From an uncultured Clostridia bacterium (GTDB lineage Bacteria > Bacillota > Clostridia > Oscillospirales > Ruminococcaceae): DNA of 64,000 bases. Numbering within the stretch: the first letter of the stretch is position 1; the number at the start of each line of letters is the position of its first letter. The DNA lies in the NCBI GenBank assembly GCA_947624155.1, contig CANQJB010000004.1:5041-69040 (forward strand), given 5' to 3'. The notes beneath the pieces are model-generated. The model saw only the letters and a program-made list of their open reading frames with translations. It had not been told where the DNA came from and did no database searches. Made by a program: the position numbers and the translations under genes. Positions 10,201 to 22,469 of the stretch are shown here, one piece after another.

Positions 10201-11470
10201 TACAAAGGAGATGTTCGACCAGGAGTGGACAATTCTCGCCCCCCAGATGAGCCCGATACACTTCGAGGTGCTGGAGCCGGTATTCAAGCACTACGGCTTT
10301 AATATCGAAGTCCTCTCGAACGACAACCGCAACGCGATCGACACCGGGCTGAAATATGTCAACAACGACGCCTGCTTCCCGTCGATAACCGTCGTCGGCC
10401 AGGTGATGGACGCCGTTCTCTCCGGAAAATACGACACCCGCCGCCTTGCGATAATAATGACCCAGACCGGGGGCTGCTGCCGTGCGTCGAATTATGTCGG
10501 ATTTATCCGCCGCGCGCTCGACAAGGCAAATCTCGGCTATATCCCCGTAATCTCCCTCAACGCGAACGGAATGGAAAAATCAGAGGGGTTCAGACCGACG
10601 CCGGAGCTTTTAATTGCCGCCTTTAAGGGGATAGTCTACGGCGATCTGTTCATGCGCTGCCTTTACCGCACAAGGCCCTACGAAAAGGTCAAAGGCTCGG
10701 CGGATAAGCTCCACAAAAAGTGGCTTGATATCTGCACCGCCCAGCTCACCGGCCAAAAGAACAGCCCTAGCTACAAAAAGGTCTGCCGCGGTATCGTCGA
10801 GGACTTCGACCGGCTCCCGCTGGTCGACGGACTTAAAAAACCGAGGGTCGGCGTCGTCGGGGAGATACTCGTCAAATATATGCCTCTCGCGAACAACAAC
10901 CTTGTCGGGCTGCTCGAAAGCGAGGGCGCCGAGGCGGTCGTGCCGGATCTGATGGACTTTATGAACTACTGCCTCTATAACAACGAATATAAGCACGAAT
11001 TTCTCGGCACAAGGCTGCGCACCGCTCTTGTTTCGAGGGCGGGCATCGCCGCGATAGCATATCTCAGGCGGCACGCGGTCGGAGCTCTTAAAAAGAGCGA
11101 GCGGTTTGAGGCTCCTCTGCCGATAAAAAAGGTCGCGGAGCTTGCAAAGCAGTTTTTGTCGCTTGGAAATCAATACGGCGAGGGCTGGTTCCTGACCGGC
11201 GAGATGGCGGAGCTTCTGACTTCCGGCACACCGAATATCGTCTGCATACAGCCGTTTGCCTGTCTGCCGAACCACGTCGTCGGCAAGGGAATGATCAAGC
11301 ACCTCAAAAAGACCTATCCCTGGGCGAATATCGCCGCGGTCGATTATGACCCCGGAGCCTCTGAGGTCAACCAGCTCAACCGAATCAAGCTGATGCTTAG
11401 CTCTGCGAAAAAGGCTCTCGCAGCGGAGGAAAATAAGGAGAAAGAGCAAGTTAGGGCGGGGAAAGAGTGA
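7202..11470 (+). CDS. fused BcrAD/BadFG-type ATPase (two activase modules) plus 2-hydroxyacyl-CoA-dehydratase-like/DUF2229-type domains
   Basis: 1422 aa. Two actin-fold ATPase starts (GIDIGSTTVKLAV.. and GIDAGSTTTKLAL..), each with a ..GTGSG../..STGYG.. segment. Cys-rich segment CGRCPNNC. The C-terminal two thirds resemble dehydratase subunit-like domains. This architecture is common in Clostridia. Confidence 0.8.
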   Translation: MKVYRAGIDIGSTTVKLAVLDGGKMVFGMYERHCAHIQETLAELLSEAKKALGDCVLTVGITGSGSINLGKALKIGFVQEVAAVAAALQKIAPQTDVAIELGGEDAKIIYFRGGLDERMNGVCAGGTGSFIDQMAALLQTDAEGLNEEAKNYREIYPIAARCGVFAKTDIQPLINEGATKADLAASIFQAVVNQTISGLACGKPIRGCVAFLGGPLHFLTELKNAFIRTLKLTPENVVDPDDSHLFAAMGAALEAEEGSRAELGELIERLTKGVEMSFEIKRLPPLFASEAEYSAFSARHNCAVVEKGDLKDYRGDCFLGIDAGSTTTKLALISSDGRLLYSHYANNRGNPVEAAKFAVYELKNILPEGARIARSCSTGYGEALLKSALCLDESEVETVAHTTAASFFDPEVDCVLDIGGQDMKCIKLKNGSVDNVLLNEACSSGCGSFIESFANSLGYSAEEFAKEALFAKNPVDLGTRCTVFMNSNVKQAQKEGAPISDISAGLAYSVIKNALYKVIKLADARDLGKHIVVQGGTFYNKAVLRAFERIAGVNATCPDIAGIMGAFGAALIAKDRYKGQPSEMLPLDEIIDLKYKNTTARCGRCPNNCMLTVSTFSGGRRHITGNRCERGLGNTKTGPKGENLIEYKRKRIFACEPLPESEAKRGVIGIPRVLNIYENYPFWATFFKELGFSVKLSPFSDRSIYELGMESIPSESECYPAKLSHGHVQWLINNGVRTIFHPCVFYEHQETKKAQNHFNCPIVVSYPESLKNNVEAIADGEVRYIRPFIAFTDEKTAADRLVRLCREELGIRESEVRRAVSAAWQEQHNAKADIRAEGARVLKEMEARGGEGIVLAGRPYHIDPEINHGIPELIAGCGLDVFSEDSLPIDFEPGRPLRVVDQWVYHSRLYSAAEFVRSRDDMELIQLNSFGCGLDAVTTDQVAEILEGSNKLYTVLKIDEVNNLGAVRIRVRSLIAAIKMRRERNITAKPKPVEYHSAAYTKEMFDQEWTILAPQMSPIHFEVLEPVFKHYGFNIEVLSNDNRNAIDTGLKYVNNDACFPSITVVGQVMDAVLSGKYDTRRLAIIMTQTGGCCRASNYVGFIRRALDKANLGYIPVISLNANGMEKSEGFRPTPELLIAAFKGIVYGDLFMRCLYRTRPYEKVKGSADKLHKKWLDICTAQLTGQKNSPSYKKVCRGIVEDFDRLPLVDGLKKPRVGVVGEILVKYMPLANNNLVGLLESEGAEAVVPDLMDFMNYCLYNNEYKHEFLGTRLRTALVSRAGIAAIAYLRRHAVGALKKSERFEAPLPIKKVAELAKQFLSLGNQYGEGWFLTGEMAELLTSGTPNIVCIQPFACLPNHVVGKGMIKHLKKTYPWANIAAVDYDPGASEVNQLNRIKLMLSSAKKALAAEENKEKEQVRAGKE

Positions 11471-11507
11471 AAGCCTCGCCAAAGCTTTCAGATTCATACT
11501 TAATATT

Positions 11508-11548
11508 AAAAATAAAATTCGGGAAGTGAATTCCCGAATTTTATTTTT
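11508..11548. terminator. bidirectional rho-independent terminator
   Basis: aaaataaaattcgggaa gtgaa ttcccgaattttattttt: a 10-bp core stem flanked by A and T runs. Confidence 0.75.
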
Positions 11549-11595
11549 GGCCAAAACGGCTTACGGGAAACACGTTTGGGGTTTCCCGTAAAAAG

Positions 11596-12795
11596 CTATA
11601 TTATATCTTCCTCCGCGCCGGAGGACAGCCGGTCGACAAACTGCCTTGCGGCCCTTGCCGAGCGGCAGCTCTTCGAGAGCGCGAAGCGCTCTGCGGCGGC
11701 GCCGAGCTTTTCGGGGTCGTAGCCGATTCCTCTGACGTCGCAAAGCCGCCTGACTATTTCGAGATAGGTCGCCTTGTCGGGGCGGGAGAAGGTGATATGG
11801 AGCCCGAACCGCTCCGAAAGCGAGGCGATCTCCTGCATCGCGTCGTTGCGGTGGATTTCGTCGCCCTCGCGGTCGGAATGAAGCTCGCGGACAAGGTGGC
11901 GGCGGTTGCCGGTCGCGTAGATAACGACATTGTCCGCCTTCGCCGAAACCGAGCCCTCGAGGACGGCTTTAAGCGCCGAGAAATTGTCGTCGTTTCGGGC
12001 AAAGGAGAGGTCGTCGATGAAAATTATGAATCTGAGAGGGTTGCGGTTCAGCTCCGAAAGGATCGAGGGCAGGAGCGCGAGCTGCTCTTTTTTCAGTTCG
12101 AGTATTCTGAGACCCTCTCCCCAAAGCGCGTTGACGACCGCTTTGACGGTCGAGGACTTTCCGGTTCCGGCATCGCCGGTCAGAAGGATATTCGCGGCGG
12201 GAAGCCCGCTTAAAAGCGCCTTTGTGTTGTCGATTATCAGCTTTTTCTCACGCTCATAGCCGATCAGGTCGCCGAGGGCGATCGGGTCGGGCGAGCGGAC
12301 CGGGACGATTCGGTTTTCCTCGAAGCAGAACGCGCGGTATTTCGCGTAGACGCCGTAGCCGTGCTTCGAGATATTTTTGCACTGAGCCGAGAAGTCTCCG
12401 GCGATGTCAGTCTTCGAAAGCTCCCATTCCGGCAGAGGAAGCTCATAGTCGATATCCTCGCTGAGAGCTTCGGGGCTTAGCGAGGCGAGCGCCGAAAGTA
12501 TCTCGATCTCGCGCTTTGCGCTCTTTTGCATCGCCGCTGGGACGTGTTTTCCCTCGCCGATAAGCCGAACGATCGGGTTGTCGCAGCAGCGAACCTGCTC
12601 GGCGACATATTTTGAGAGATCCGCGCCGTTTCGGTAGAGCTCCGAAACGAATTTGCAGTATTTGTCAACAGGGTCGGCGCCTTCGCCGTCGCTTTCCAAA
12701 AATTCAAGGAGCGCCGAGATCACCGGGTCGGTCAGAAGCTCTCTGAAAACGCAGAGCGAGCGGAGCGCCGGCAGCATTTGATCGGGTCTTAACAT
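11596..12795 (-). CDS. P-loop ATPase of the DUF815 type
   Basis: Walker A LLTGDAGTGKSS and Walker B-like IIFIDDLSF. I chose the ATG at 12795; the alternative TTG at 12807 overlaps the ilvD stop. Confidence 0.7.
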   Translation of the reverse strand: MLRPDQMLPALRSLCVFRELLTDPVISALLEFLESDGEGADPVDKYCKFVSELYRNGADLSKYVAEQVRCCDNPIVRLIGEGKHVPAAMQKSAKREIEILSALASLSPEALSEDIDYELPLPEWELSKTDIAGDFSAQCKNISKHGYGVYAKYRAFCFEENRIVPVRSPDPIALGDLIGYEREKKLIIDNTKALLSGLPAANILLTGDAGTGKSSTVKAVVNALWGEGLRILELKKEQLALLPSILSELNRNPLRFIIFIDDLSFARNDDNFSALKAVLEGSVSAKADNVVIYATGNRRHLVRELHSDREGDEIHRNDAMQEIASLSERFGLHITFSRPDKATYLEIVRRLCDVRGIGYDPEKLGAAAERFALSKSCRSARAARQFVDRLSSGAEEDII

Positions 12796-12803
12796 ATCCG
12801 CCC

Positions 12804-14459
12804 TCAATTCAGCACTGCGCCCTTTGCGCCGCTCGAAACGAGCTCGGCATAGCGCTTCAGATAGCCGGAAAGCTCCTTTTTCTTCGGGACGAACGCGGCC
12901 ATTCTAGCCTCGAATTCTTCGCCGCTGATCCTGAGGTCGATCCGGTTGCCGGGAATGTCGATCGAGATGATGTCACCCTCGCGGACTATTCCGATCGGGC
13001 CGCCCGAGGCCGCTTCGGGAGAGATGTGGCCGACGCAGGCGCCGCGGGTCGCGCCGCTGAATCTGCCGTCGGTAATCAGCGCGACGCTTTCGCCGAGACC
13101 CATTCCCATTATCGCAGAGGTCGGATTGAGCATTTCGCGCATACCCGGACCGCCCTTCGGGCCTTCATATCTGATTACGACGACGTCGCCGGGCTTGATC
13201 TCGCCGGCGTTGATAGCCGCCTGAGCGTCCTCCTCGCACTCAAACACCCTCGCTCTGCCCTCGTATTTAAGCATTTTTGGAGAGACGGCCGAGCGCTTGA
13301 CGACGCAGCCCTCCGGCGCGAGATTTCCGCGGAGCACGGCGATTCCGCCGGTTTCGCTGAACGGGTTGTCGATCGGGCGGATAACCTCGGGATTGAGGTT
13401 TACCGCGTCCCTGATGTTCTCGCCGACGGTTTTGCCGGTGACGGTCATGCAGTCAAGATCGAGGAGATTTTTCTTTGAAAGCTCGTTCATGATCGCCCAG
13501 ACGCCGCCCGCCTCGTCTAGCTCTTCGACATAGGTTCTCCCCGCAGGGGCGAGGTGGCAGAGGTTCGGGGTCTTAGAGCTTATCGAATTCGCGATGTCGA
13601 GGTTGATCTCGATACCGCATTCATGGGCGATCGCGGGAAGGTGGAGCATCGAGTTGGTCGAGCAGCCGAGCGCCATATCGACGGTCAGCGCGTTCATAAA
13701 CGCCGCTTCGGTCATTATGTCGCGGGGTCTGATATTCTTTTCAAGAAGCTGCATTACCGCCATTCCGGCGCGCTTCGCGAGCTCGATTCTCGCGGAATAC
13801 ACCGCAGGAACGGTGCCGTTTCCTCTTAGTCCCATTCCGAGGGCTTCGGTCAGGCAGTTCATCGAGTTGGCGGTATACATTCCCGAGCAGGAGCCGCAGG
13901 TCGGGCAGGTTCTGCACTCGTATTCATGCAGCTTTTCGAGGCTGATCGAGCCGGCGTTATATGCTCCGACGGCCTCAGAGATCGAGGAAAAGCTGGTCTT
14001 CATTCCGTCGACATGGCCGGCGAGCATCGGCCCGCCAGAGACAAAGACGGTCGGGATATTGAGCCTCGCCGCGGCCATTAAAAGGCCGGGGACGTTTTTG
14101 TCGCAGTTCGGAACCATTACGAGGGCGTCGAAGCCGTGGGCCATCGCCATCGCTTCGGTCGAGTCGGCGATCAGGTCGCGGGTGACTAGGGAATATTTCA
14201 TTCCGGTGTGTCCCATCGCGATGCCGTCGCAGACGGCTATTGCCGGAAATACGACGGGGTTTCCGCCCGCCATCGCGACACCGATTCTGACTGCGTCGAC
14301 GATCTTGTCGATATTCATGTGACCCGGGACGATCTCGTTATAGGAGCTGACGATCCCGACCATCGGGCGGTTGATCTCCTCCTCGGTCATTCCGAGAGCG
14401 TGATAGAGAGCGCGGTGGGGAGCGTTCTGCGGGCCGAATTTGATTTTATCGCTTTTCAT
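12804..14459 (-). CDS. ilvD: dihydroxy-acid dehydratase
   Basis: 551 aa with full-length IlvD hallmarks (..[15 protein letters not shown].., ..[11 protein letters not shown]..). Confidence 0.95.
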   Translation of the reverse strand: MKSDKIKFGPQNAPHRALYHALGMTEEEINRPMVGIVSSYNEIVPGHMNIDKIVDAVRIGVAMAGGNPVVFPAIAVCDGIAMGHTGMKYSLVTRDLIADSTEAMAMAHGFDALVMVPNCDKNVPGLLMAAARLNIPTVFVSGGPMLAGHVDGMKTSFSSISEAVGAYNAGSISLEKLHEYECRTCPTCGSCSGMYTANSMNCLTEALGMGLRGNGTVPAVYSARIELAKRAGMAVMQLLEKNIRPRDIMTEAAFMNALTVDMALGCSTNSMLHLPAIAHECGIEINLDIANSISSKTPNLCHLAPAGRTYVEELDEAGGVWAIMNELSKKNLLDLDCMTVTGKTVGENIRDAVNLNPEVIRPIDNPFSETGGIAVLRGNLAPEGCVVKRSAVSPKMLKYEGRARVFECEEDAQAAINAGEIKPGDVVVIRYEGPKGGPGMREMLNPTSAIMGMGLGESVALITDGRFSGATRGACVGHISPEAASGGPIGIVREGDIISIDIPGNRIDLRISGEEFEARMAAFVPKKKELSGYLKRYAELVSSGAKGAVLN

Positions 14460-14546
14460 AAATACACCTACTTAAAACCGCACAGAGCCGAGGGGTCGCC
14501 TCGGCCGGACTGCGGCAATATAAAACATGGGCGCGCAAAAGGGAGA

Positions 14547-14626
14547 GGGGCGAAGCCCCGCCGCGCGGAGCGCGGCGTGAGGCGCCGCGAAGCGGCGCCT
14601 GTTCGCTTCGCGAACGGGCTTCGCCC
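14547..14626. repeat. cluster of five back-to-back GC-only triloop hairpins in the ilvC-ilvD spacer
   Basis: GGGGC-GAA-GCCCC (14547-59), GCCGCGC-GGA-GCGCGGC (14560-76), GGCGCCGC-GAA-GCGGCGCC (14581-99), GTTCGC-TTC-GCGAAC (14601-15), GGGC-TTC-GCCC (14616-26). The first and last are also complementary to each other. Confidence 0.7.
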
Positions 14627-14690
14627 TGAACTCCGTCTTAAATTCCCTGCAAAGCAGTTATCTTCGCAAAGTTCCGCGCGCCCGCCTGAA

Positions 14691-16225
<1,535 letters not shown>

Positions 16226-16233
<8 letters not shown>

Positions 16234-17908
16234 CTTGCACCTCCGAGTCGACCTTTGTGATTATGTCGTCCATCGAGCCGCCCGGCGGCAGCATCGGCAG
16301 AACGAACTCGTCCTTATCTATAATACATTCCACCACAAACGGCAGATCAGATTCAAACGCCTTTTTGAGAGCCGCTTCGAGCTGCTCGTGGGTCTCGGCC
16401 CGCTCGCCGTCAGCTCCGAAGGCTCTGGCAAGCGCGACGAAATCCGTCCTGCGGTCTAAAACCGTGTTTGAGTAGTGCTTATTGAAGAAAAGCGTCTGCC
16501 ACTGGCGCACCATTCCGAGAACGCCGTTGTTCATCAGGAGTATCACGAGCGGGACCCGGTAGGTGACTGCGGTCGCGAGCTCATTCAGATCCATTCCGAA
16601 TCCGCCGTCGCCGGTCACAAGCACCGCCTTTTCGCCGGTCGCCGCCGCTGCGCCGATCGCCGCCCCCATTCCGAAGCCCATTGTTCCGAGTCCGCCCGAG
16701 GAGATGAACCTGCGCTTGTTTTTGAAGCAAAGCGACTGCGCCGCCCACATCTGGTGCTGCCCGACATCTGTCGCAACGGGGGTGTTTTCGCCGAGGAAGC
16801 GGTTTAATGTCAGCATCGCGCTGCGCGGGGTCAGCCCGCTTTGGCGGTCGAGCGCCTTCTGCTCCTCAAATTTCAGCCCCTCGACCGTCTTCCGCCATTC
16901 CGGAAGGTGCTTTTCGCCGAGAAGCGGCAGAAGCTTCTGAAGCGTCAGCTTTAAGTCTCCGCGCATTGAGTGCGCCGCGGCGACCGTCTTGTCGAGCTCG
17001 GCGCCGTCGACGTCGATGTGAACGACCTTCGAGTGGGTCGCGAATTTCGCGCGGTTGCCGGTCACTCTGTCGTTAAACCTGACTCCGAGCGCGATAATGC
17101 AGTCGGCCCGGTGCATCGCCATCGAGCTGGCGTAGTGGCCGTGCATTCCCTGCATACCGAGAAAACGCGGGTGGTCGGTCGGTATTCCCGAAATTCCCAT
17201 CAGCGAGCAGCCCATCGGCGCGTCGAGCTTTTCGGCGAGCGCCAAAAGCTCCTCCTGAGCGTCGGAAGTTATCAGCCCTCCGCCGAAATAGATAAACGGC
17301 CTCTGCGACTGGTTGATACATTCCGCCGCGGCCTCGATTCTCGAAAGCTTTGCGGCCTGCGGAGGCGCGGGGCTGACAGGCTCGGCGGGGGTGTATTCGC
17401 ACTCGGCGATCTGAATGTCCTTCGGAACGTCGATCAGAACCGGTCCGGGTCTGCCGGAAATCGCGAGGGTGAATGCCTCGCGAATCGTCGGCGCGAGATC
17501 GTTTACGTCGTCGACGACATAGTTATGCTTTGTTATCGGCAGGGTGATGCCGGTGATGTCTATTTCCTGAAAGCTGTCGGTGCCGAGCTGATAGGTCGGC
17601 ACGTTGCCGGTTATCGCGATCATCGGGACAGAGTCGAGATAAGCTGTCGCGATTCCGGTGACAAGGTTTGTCGCCCCCGGGCCCGAAGTCGCGATCACGA
17701 CCCCCGGGCGCCCGCTCGCCCGCGCATAGCCGTCGGCGGCATGGGCGGCGCCCTGCTCGTGGGCTGTCAGAATATGCTTTATTTCGTCCTGATATTTATA
17801 CAGAGAGTCATAAACGTTTATAATTTGACCGCCCGGATAGCCGAAAACGGTCTCGATGCCCTGCTCGATCAGTGTCCTGACGATTATATCCGCGCCGGAT
17901 AATTTCAT
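16226..17908 (-). CDS. ilvB: acetolactate synthase large subunit (ThDP-dependent)
   Basis: 560 aa. ..GYPGGQIINVYD.., and the ThDP motif ..GDGGFGMDLNELATAV... Confidence 0.95.
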
Positions 17909-17923
17909 TCTATCATTCCTTTT

Positions 17924-19000
17924 TTAAATTTCAGAGACAGCCTGAGCGATCAGGCTCCCCATTTCTGAGCATTTTACCTTTTTCATTCCGCTCTGCATAA
18001 TGTCGCCTGTGCGGAAGCCGCCGCTTAAAACCTTTCCGACCGCTTCCTCGATATCGTCCGCCTCGCGGGGCATATCGAAGCTGAACCGAAGCATCATCGC
18101 GGCAGAGAGGATAGTTCCGATCGGGTTTGCGGCGTCGGTTCCGGCAATATCGGGCGCAGAGCCGTGAATCGGCTCATAGAGCCCGTTTGAGCCCGCGCCG
18201 AGAGACGACGAGGGTATCATTCCGATCGAGCCGGTGATCATCGAGGCTTCGTCAGAAAGAATGTCGCCGAACATATTCTCGGTGACGATTACGTCGAACT
18301 GAGCGGGGTTTTTGACGATCTGCATCGCGCAGTTGTCGACCAGCATATCAGAAAGCTCAACGTCGGGATATTCCTCGGCGAGGCGGTGGATAACCGATTT
18401 CCAGAGCCGCGAGGTGTCGAGGACATTTGACTTTTCGACCGAGCAGAGCTTTTTGCGGCGCTTTCTCGCGGTCTCGAATCCGATTCTTCCGATCCTTTCG
18501 ATCTCGCTCTCGGAATAGCGCATAACGTCCTCCGAGACCCTTTCGCCGTCTTCAAAGGTTCTGTGCTCGCCGAAGTAGATTCCGCCGATCAGCTCGCGGA
18601 CGATGATGAAATCAATTCCCTTTTCGACGATCTCGGGCTTCAGCGGCGAGGCGTCGGCGAGCTGGGGCCAGATCTTCGCGGGGCGGTTATTTGAATAGAC
18701 ACCCATTCCCGCGCGGATCCTCAGAAGTCCCTTTTCGGGGCGCATATTGCCGGGGACCGAGTCCCACTTCGGGCCGCCGACCGCTCCGAGAAGAACGCTG
18801 TCGGCATTAAGGCACTTGTCGAGCTCATGCTGCGGCAGCGGGTCGCCGTATTTGTCGATCGCGCAGCCGCCCATGTCGGCGTCGGTATATTCAAAGGTGT
18901 GTCCGTATTTTTTCGCGACGGCGTCGAGGACTTTGATCGCCTCGTTGACTATTTCGGGGCCGATTCCGTCGCCGCGGATAACGGCAATGTTCTTTTTCAT
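17924..19000 (-). CDS. leuB: 3-isopropylmalate dehydrogenase
   Basis: I trimmed ORF-track entry 17924..19177 to the ATG at 19000 ([18 protein letters not shown]..), which overlaps the leuD stop as ATGA. The upstream extension is Arg-rich out-of-context sequence lying inside leuD. Confidence 0.9.
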   Translation of the reverse strand: MKKNIAVIRGDGIGPEIVNEAIKVLDAVAKKYGHTFEYTDADMGGCAIDKYGDPLPQHELDKCLNADSVLLGAVGGPKWDSVPGNMRPEKGLLRIRAGMGVYSNNRPAKIWPQLADASPLKPEIVEKGIDFIIVRELIGGIYFGEHRTFEDGERVSEDVMRYSESEIERIGRIGFETARKRRKKLCSVEKSNVLDTSRLWKSVIHRLAEEYPDVELSDMLVDNCAMQIVKNPAQFDVIVTENMFGDILSDEASMITGSIGMIPSSSLGAGSNGLYEPIHGSAPDIAGTDAANPIGTILSAAMMLRFSFDMPREADDIEEAVGKVLSGGFRTGDIMQSGMKKVKCSEMGSLIAQAVSEI

Positions 19001-19488
19001 TTCGCGCCTTCTTTCAGCGACTTTAAAAGTCCTCCGGCCCTGATTATATTCTGGATAAATTCCGGGAAGGGCTTTGCCTGATAGCTCTTGCCGGTGGTGA
19101 CGTCGGTGATTACGCCGGTGTCGAAATCGACCTCGACCTTGTCTCCCGAGGAGATTCCGTCCGCCGCCTCGGGACATTCGAGAATCGGCAGGCCGATATT
19201 GATCGCGTTGCGGTAGAAGATTCTTGCAAAGCTCTTCGCAATCACACAGCCGGTGCCGCAGGTCTTGATGACGAGCGGAGCGTGCTCTCGTGAGGAGCCG
19301 CAGCCGAAGTTCCAGCCCGCGGCGATTATATCTCCGCGCTCGACCTTTTTGACGAACTCCGCGTCGATGTCCTCCATGCAGTGCTTCGAGAGCTCAGAAG
19401 CGTCGGAGGTGTTTAAATATCTTGCGGGGATAATAACGTCGGTATCGACGTTATCTGGATATCTGAACGCTTTTCCTTTTGTATTCAT
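18997..19488 (-). CDS. leuD: 3-isopropylmalate dehydratase small subunit
   Basis: 163 aa. ..[14 protein letters not shown].. motif. Confidence 0.9.
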   Translation of the reverse strand: MNTKGKAFRYPDNVDTDVIIPARYLNTSDASELSKHCMEDIDAEFVKKVERGDIIAAGWNFGCGSSREHAPLVIKTCGTGCVIAKSFARIFYRNAINIGLPILECPEAADGISSGDKVEVDFDTGVITDVTTGKSYQAKPFPEFIQNIIRAGGLLKSLKEGAK

Positions 19489-20750
19489 TGCTTTTCCCCC
19501 TTAGGTGCTGTAATAAAGCCGGTCAGCGCGCTTGAAGCCGCAGTCGCCGGGCTTGCGAGATAAACCTCGCTTTTAACATGTCCCATTCTTCCGACAAAGT
19601 TGCGGTTTGTTGTCGCGACGCATCTTTCGCCCTCAGCGAGAATACCCATATATCCTCCGAGACAGGGTCCGCAGGTCGGGGTCGAAACGACCGCTCCGAC
19701 GTCGATAAAGGCGGTGACATATCCGCGCTCGACGCATTCGCGGTAGATCGCCATCGTCGCGGGGATAATGATGCACCTGACGCCGTCGGCGACCTTTTTC
19801 CCGTTCAGAATATTATAGGCGGTCTCCATATCCTCCATTCGGCCGTTGGTGCAGCTTCCGATCACGACCTGATCTATCTTTATATCCGAAAGCTCGCTCG
19901 CCGGCCTTGTGTTTTCGGGGAGATGAGGGCAGCTCACGGTCGGGACAATCTCCGAGAGGTCGATCTCGACAGTCTTTTCATATTCGGCGTCGGGGTCGGC
20001 GGAATATTCGACCGGCTCGCGCTCGCTTCTTCCTTTTAAATAGGCCCGGGTGATATCGTCTACCGGGAAGATCCCGTTTTTGGCGCCCGCCTCGATCGCC
20101 ATGTTGCAGATGCAGAGGCGGTCATCCATCGTCAGCGAGGCGACTCCCTCGCCGCAGAACTCCATGCTCTTATAGAGCGCGCCGTCGACTCCGATCATTC
20201 CGATTATCGTTAAAATAACGTCTTTTCCCGAGCATTCGGGGCGGAGTTTGCCCGAAAGCTCGAATCTGATCCCCGACGGGACCTTAAACCAAGCCGTTCC
20301 GGTCGCCATTCCGGCGGCCATATCGGTCGAGCCGACGCCGGTTGAAAAGGCTCCGAGAGCGCCGTAGGTGCAGGTGTGGCTGTCTGCGCCGATAATGCAG
20401 TCTCCGGCGGTGACCACTCCCTGCTCGGGCAGAAGAGCGTGCTCGATTCCCATTTTTCCGACGTCATAGAAGTGGCTGACGCAGTGGGCGCAGGCGAATT
20501 CGCGGCACTGCTTCGACTGCTCCGCGGCCTTGATGTCTTTATTCGGGACAAAGTGGTCGAGAACGATCGCGATTCTGTCCTTGTCGAAGACATCGCTGAA
20601 TCCGGCCTTATTAAATTCGTTCACCGCGACCGGGGTGGTGATGTCGTTGCCGAGCACGATGTCAAGCTTTGCGCTGACAAGCTGCCCTGCCTCGACTGCG
20701 TCGAGACCCGCGTGTGCCGCGAGAATCTTCTGGGTCATTGTCATTCCCAT
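19485..20750 (-). CDS. leuC: 3-isopropylmalate dehydratase large subunit
   Basis: 421 aa aconitase-family protein with Cys ligand regions (..[15 protein letters not shown].., ..GSCTNGR.., ..CGPCLG..). Confidence 0.9.
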   Translation of the reverse strand: MGMTMTQKILAAHAGLDAVEAGQLVSAKLDIVLGNDITTPVAVNEFNKAGFSDVFDKDRIAIVLDHFVPNKDIKAAEQSKQCREFACAHCVSHFYDVGKMGIEHALLPEQGVVTAGDCIIGADSHTCTYGALGAFSTGVGSTDMAAGMATGTAWFKVPSGIRFELSGKLRPECSGKDVILTIIGMIGVDGALYKSMEFCGEGVASLTMDDRLCICNMAIEAGAKNGIFPVDDITRAYLKGRSEREPVEYSADPDAEYEKTVEIDLSEIVPTVSCPHLPENTRPASELSDIKIDQVVIGSCTNGRMEDMETAYNILNGKKVADGVRCIIIPATMAIYRECVERGYVTAFIDVGAVVSTPTCGPCLGGYMGILAEGERCVATTNRNFVGRMGHVKSEVYLASPATAASSALTGFITAPKGEKQ

Positions 20751-20766
20751 AATAGTCTGCCTCCCT

Positions 20767-22428
20767 TTACTTTTTCGAGTTGTTATAAGCGCTCAGAAGA
20801 GCGTATGCTCCCGCGCGGAGAATGTCGGTGTGGTGGCCTGCGCCCCAGCTCATTCCCGACGGCGTCTTTATTCCGATATAGGCGATCGCCTCGGATTTCG
20901 AGGTCTCGTTCTGCAAGCTGTGCTCGGTATATACCTTCAGCTCGTAGTCGTCGCCGGTAAGCTCTTTAAGGGCGTTTGAAACCGCGTCGATCGAGCCGTT
21001 GCCGGTAGTCCTGAGAGTCTTCTGAACTCCGTTCATCTCAAAGGTGATCTCGAGCTCGACCTCGTTTTCATGCTGCAGGAATTTCATTCCCTTTTCGCAG
21101 ACGGGAGTTGTGTTGTGGAAATATGTCGAGCGGAATATCTCATAAATTTCGGCGGGCTTCAGCTCGCGGTGCTCGCGGTCCGAAATACCCTTGCAGAGAT
21201 AGCTGAAATGCTCCCGCATCTTCGGGGGAAGAGTGTAACCGTAGGTGTGCTCCAAAAGGTAACCGATTCCGCCCTTGCCGCTCTGTGAGTTGACTCTGAT
21301 AACGTCGGCGTCATAGGTGCGGTTGATGTCGGTCGGGTCGATCGGGATATAGGGAACCGTCCACTGTTCGAGCTTCTTTTCCTCACGCCACTTCATTCCC
21401 TTCGCGATGGCGTCCTGATGGCTTCCCGAAAACGCCGCGAAGACTAGCGCTCCGGCGTATGGCTGGCGCTCGTGAATCTTCATTCCGGTGCAGTTTTCGT
21501 AAACCTCCGCGATCGCCGGCATATCAGAGAAATCGAGCCCGGGGTCGACTCCGTGGGAATACATATTCATCGCGAGGGTGATTATGTCGACGTTGCCGGT
21601 TCTCTCGCCATTTCCGAAGAGGGTACCCTCGACTCTGTCCGCCCCTGCGAGCAAAGCGAGCTCGGCGTCGGCAACTCCGGTCCCGCGGTCGTTGTGAGGG
21701 TGAATGCTGAGGGTAACGTTGTCGCGGTATTTGAGGTTGCGGCTCATATATTCGATCTGACAGGCGTAGATATGGGGCAGGCTCATCTCGACCGTCACCG
21801 GCAGATTGATAATCACATTGTTTTCGGGCGAGGGCTCCAAAATGTCGAGAACGGCGTTGCAGACCTCGAGCGCATATTCCGGCTCGGCGCCGGTAAAGCT
21901 CTCGGGGGAATATTCAAAGCGGAAGTTTCCGTCATATTCCTTTGCGAGCCGCTTGACCAGCTCGGCGGAGTCGGTCGCGATCTTTTTGATCTCTTCCTTC
22001 GACTTTCTGAAGACCTGTTCGCGCTGTGCAACGCTGACCGAGTTATAAAAATGTATCACCGCGCTCGGCGCGCCCTTTACCGCCTCAAAGGTCTTTCTGA
22101 TAATATGCTCGCGGCACTGGGTCAAGACCTGAACCGTCACGTCCTCGGGGATCAGGTTTCGGTCGATAAGCGCGCGCAGAAATTCATATTCGGTGTCGGA
22201 GGCGGCGGGGAAGCCGACCTCGATCTCCTTGAATCCGACCTTGACGAGCATTTTATAGAATTCGAGCTTCTGCTCAAAGCTCATCGGGATCACAAGGCTC
22301 TGGTTGCCGTCGCGAAGGTCGACCGAGCACCATTTCGGCGCCTTTTCGATCCGTTCCCTTCTGACCCAGTCGTAGCTGATTACAGGCGGCAGATAATAGC
22401 CGGGGGCGTACTTTTTAAAGTTCATCAT
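20767..22428 (-). CDS. leuA: 2-isopropylmalate synthase (long form)
   Basis: About 553 aa. ..[11 protein letters not shown].. and ..[11 protein letters not shown].. motifs. Start is ambiguous: ATG at 22428 or 22425, or TTG at 22434, with AGGAGG upstream. Confidence 0.9.
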   Translation of the reverse strand: MMNFKKYAPGYYLPPVISYDWVRRERIEKAPKWCSVDLRDGNQSLVIPMSFEQKLEFYKMLVKVGFKEIEVGFPAASDTEYEFLRALIDRNLIPEDVTVQVLTQCREHIIRKTFEAVKGAPSAVIHFYNSVSVAQREQVFRKSKEEIKKIATDSAELVKRLAKEYDGNFRFEYSPESFTGAEPEYALEVCNAVLDILEPSPENNVIINLPVTVEMSLPHIYACQIEYMSRNLKYRDNVTLSIHPHNDRGTGVADAELALLAGADRVEGTLFGNGERTGNVDIITLAMNMYSHGVDPGLDFSDMPAIAEVYENCTGMKIHERQPYAGALVFAAFSGSHQDAIAKGMKWREEKKLEQWTVPYIPIDPTDINRTYDADVIRVNSQSGKGGIGYLLEHTYGYTLPPKMREHFSYLCKGISDREHRELKPAEIYEIFRSTYFHNTTPVCEKGMKFLQHENEVELEITFEMNGVQKTLRTTGNGSIDAVSNALKELTGDDYELKVYTEHSLQNETSKSEAIAYIGIKTPSGMSWGAGHHTDILRAGAYALLSAYNNSKK

Positions 22429-22469
22429 AATCAAGTGTTCCTCCTGTTATATCCGGGCGGTCTGAATAT

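Noticed and set aside
8708-11554. Three long minus-strand ORFs (8708..9472, 9509..10291, 10610..11554) inside the 1422-aa gene
   Set aside because: These are shadow ORFs typical of high-GC coding DNA. Their translations are Arg/Gly/Ala-rich with no motifs or RBS, and they are fully contained in a plus-strand gene with clear domain signatures.
14460-14690. ilvC-ilvD spacer as a second T-box, an attenuator peptide leader or a tRNA
   Set aside because: It has no GGTGGTACCGCG-like T-box core, no short Ile/Val/Leu-rich leader ORF with an RBS, and the hairpins have 3-nt loops that are incompatible with tRNA arms.
19001-19177. 59-codon N-terminal extension of leuB in the ORF track
   Set aside because: The extension is Arg/His-rich, lies inside leuD, and precedes a canonical [16 protein letters not shown] start that overlaps the leuD stop as ATGA.
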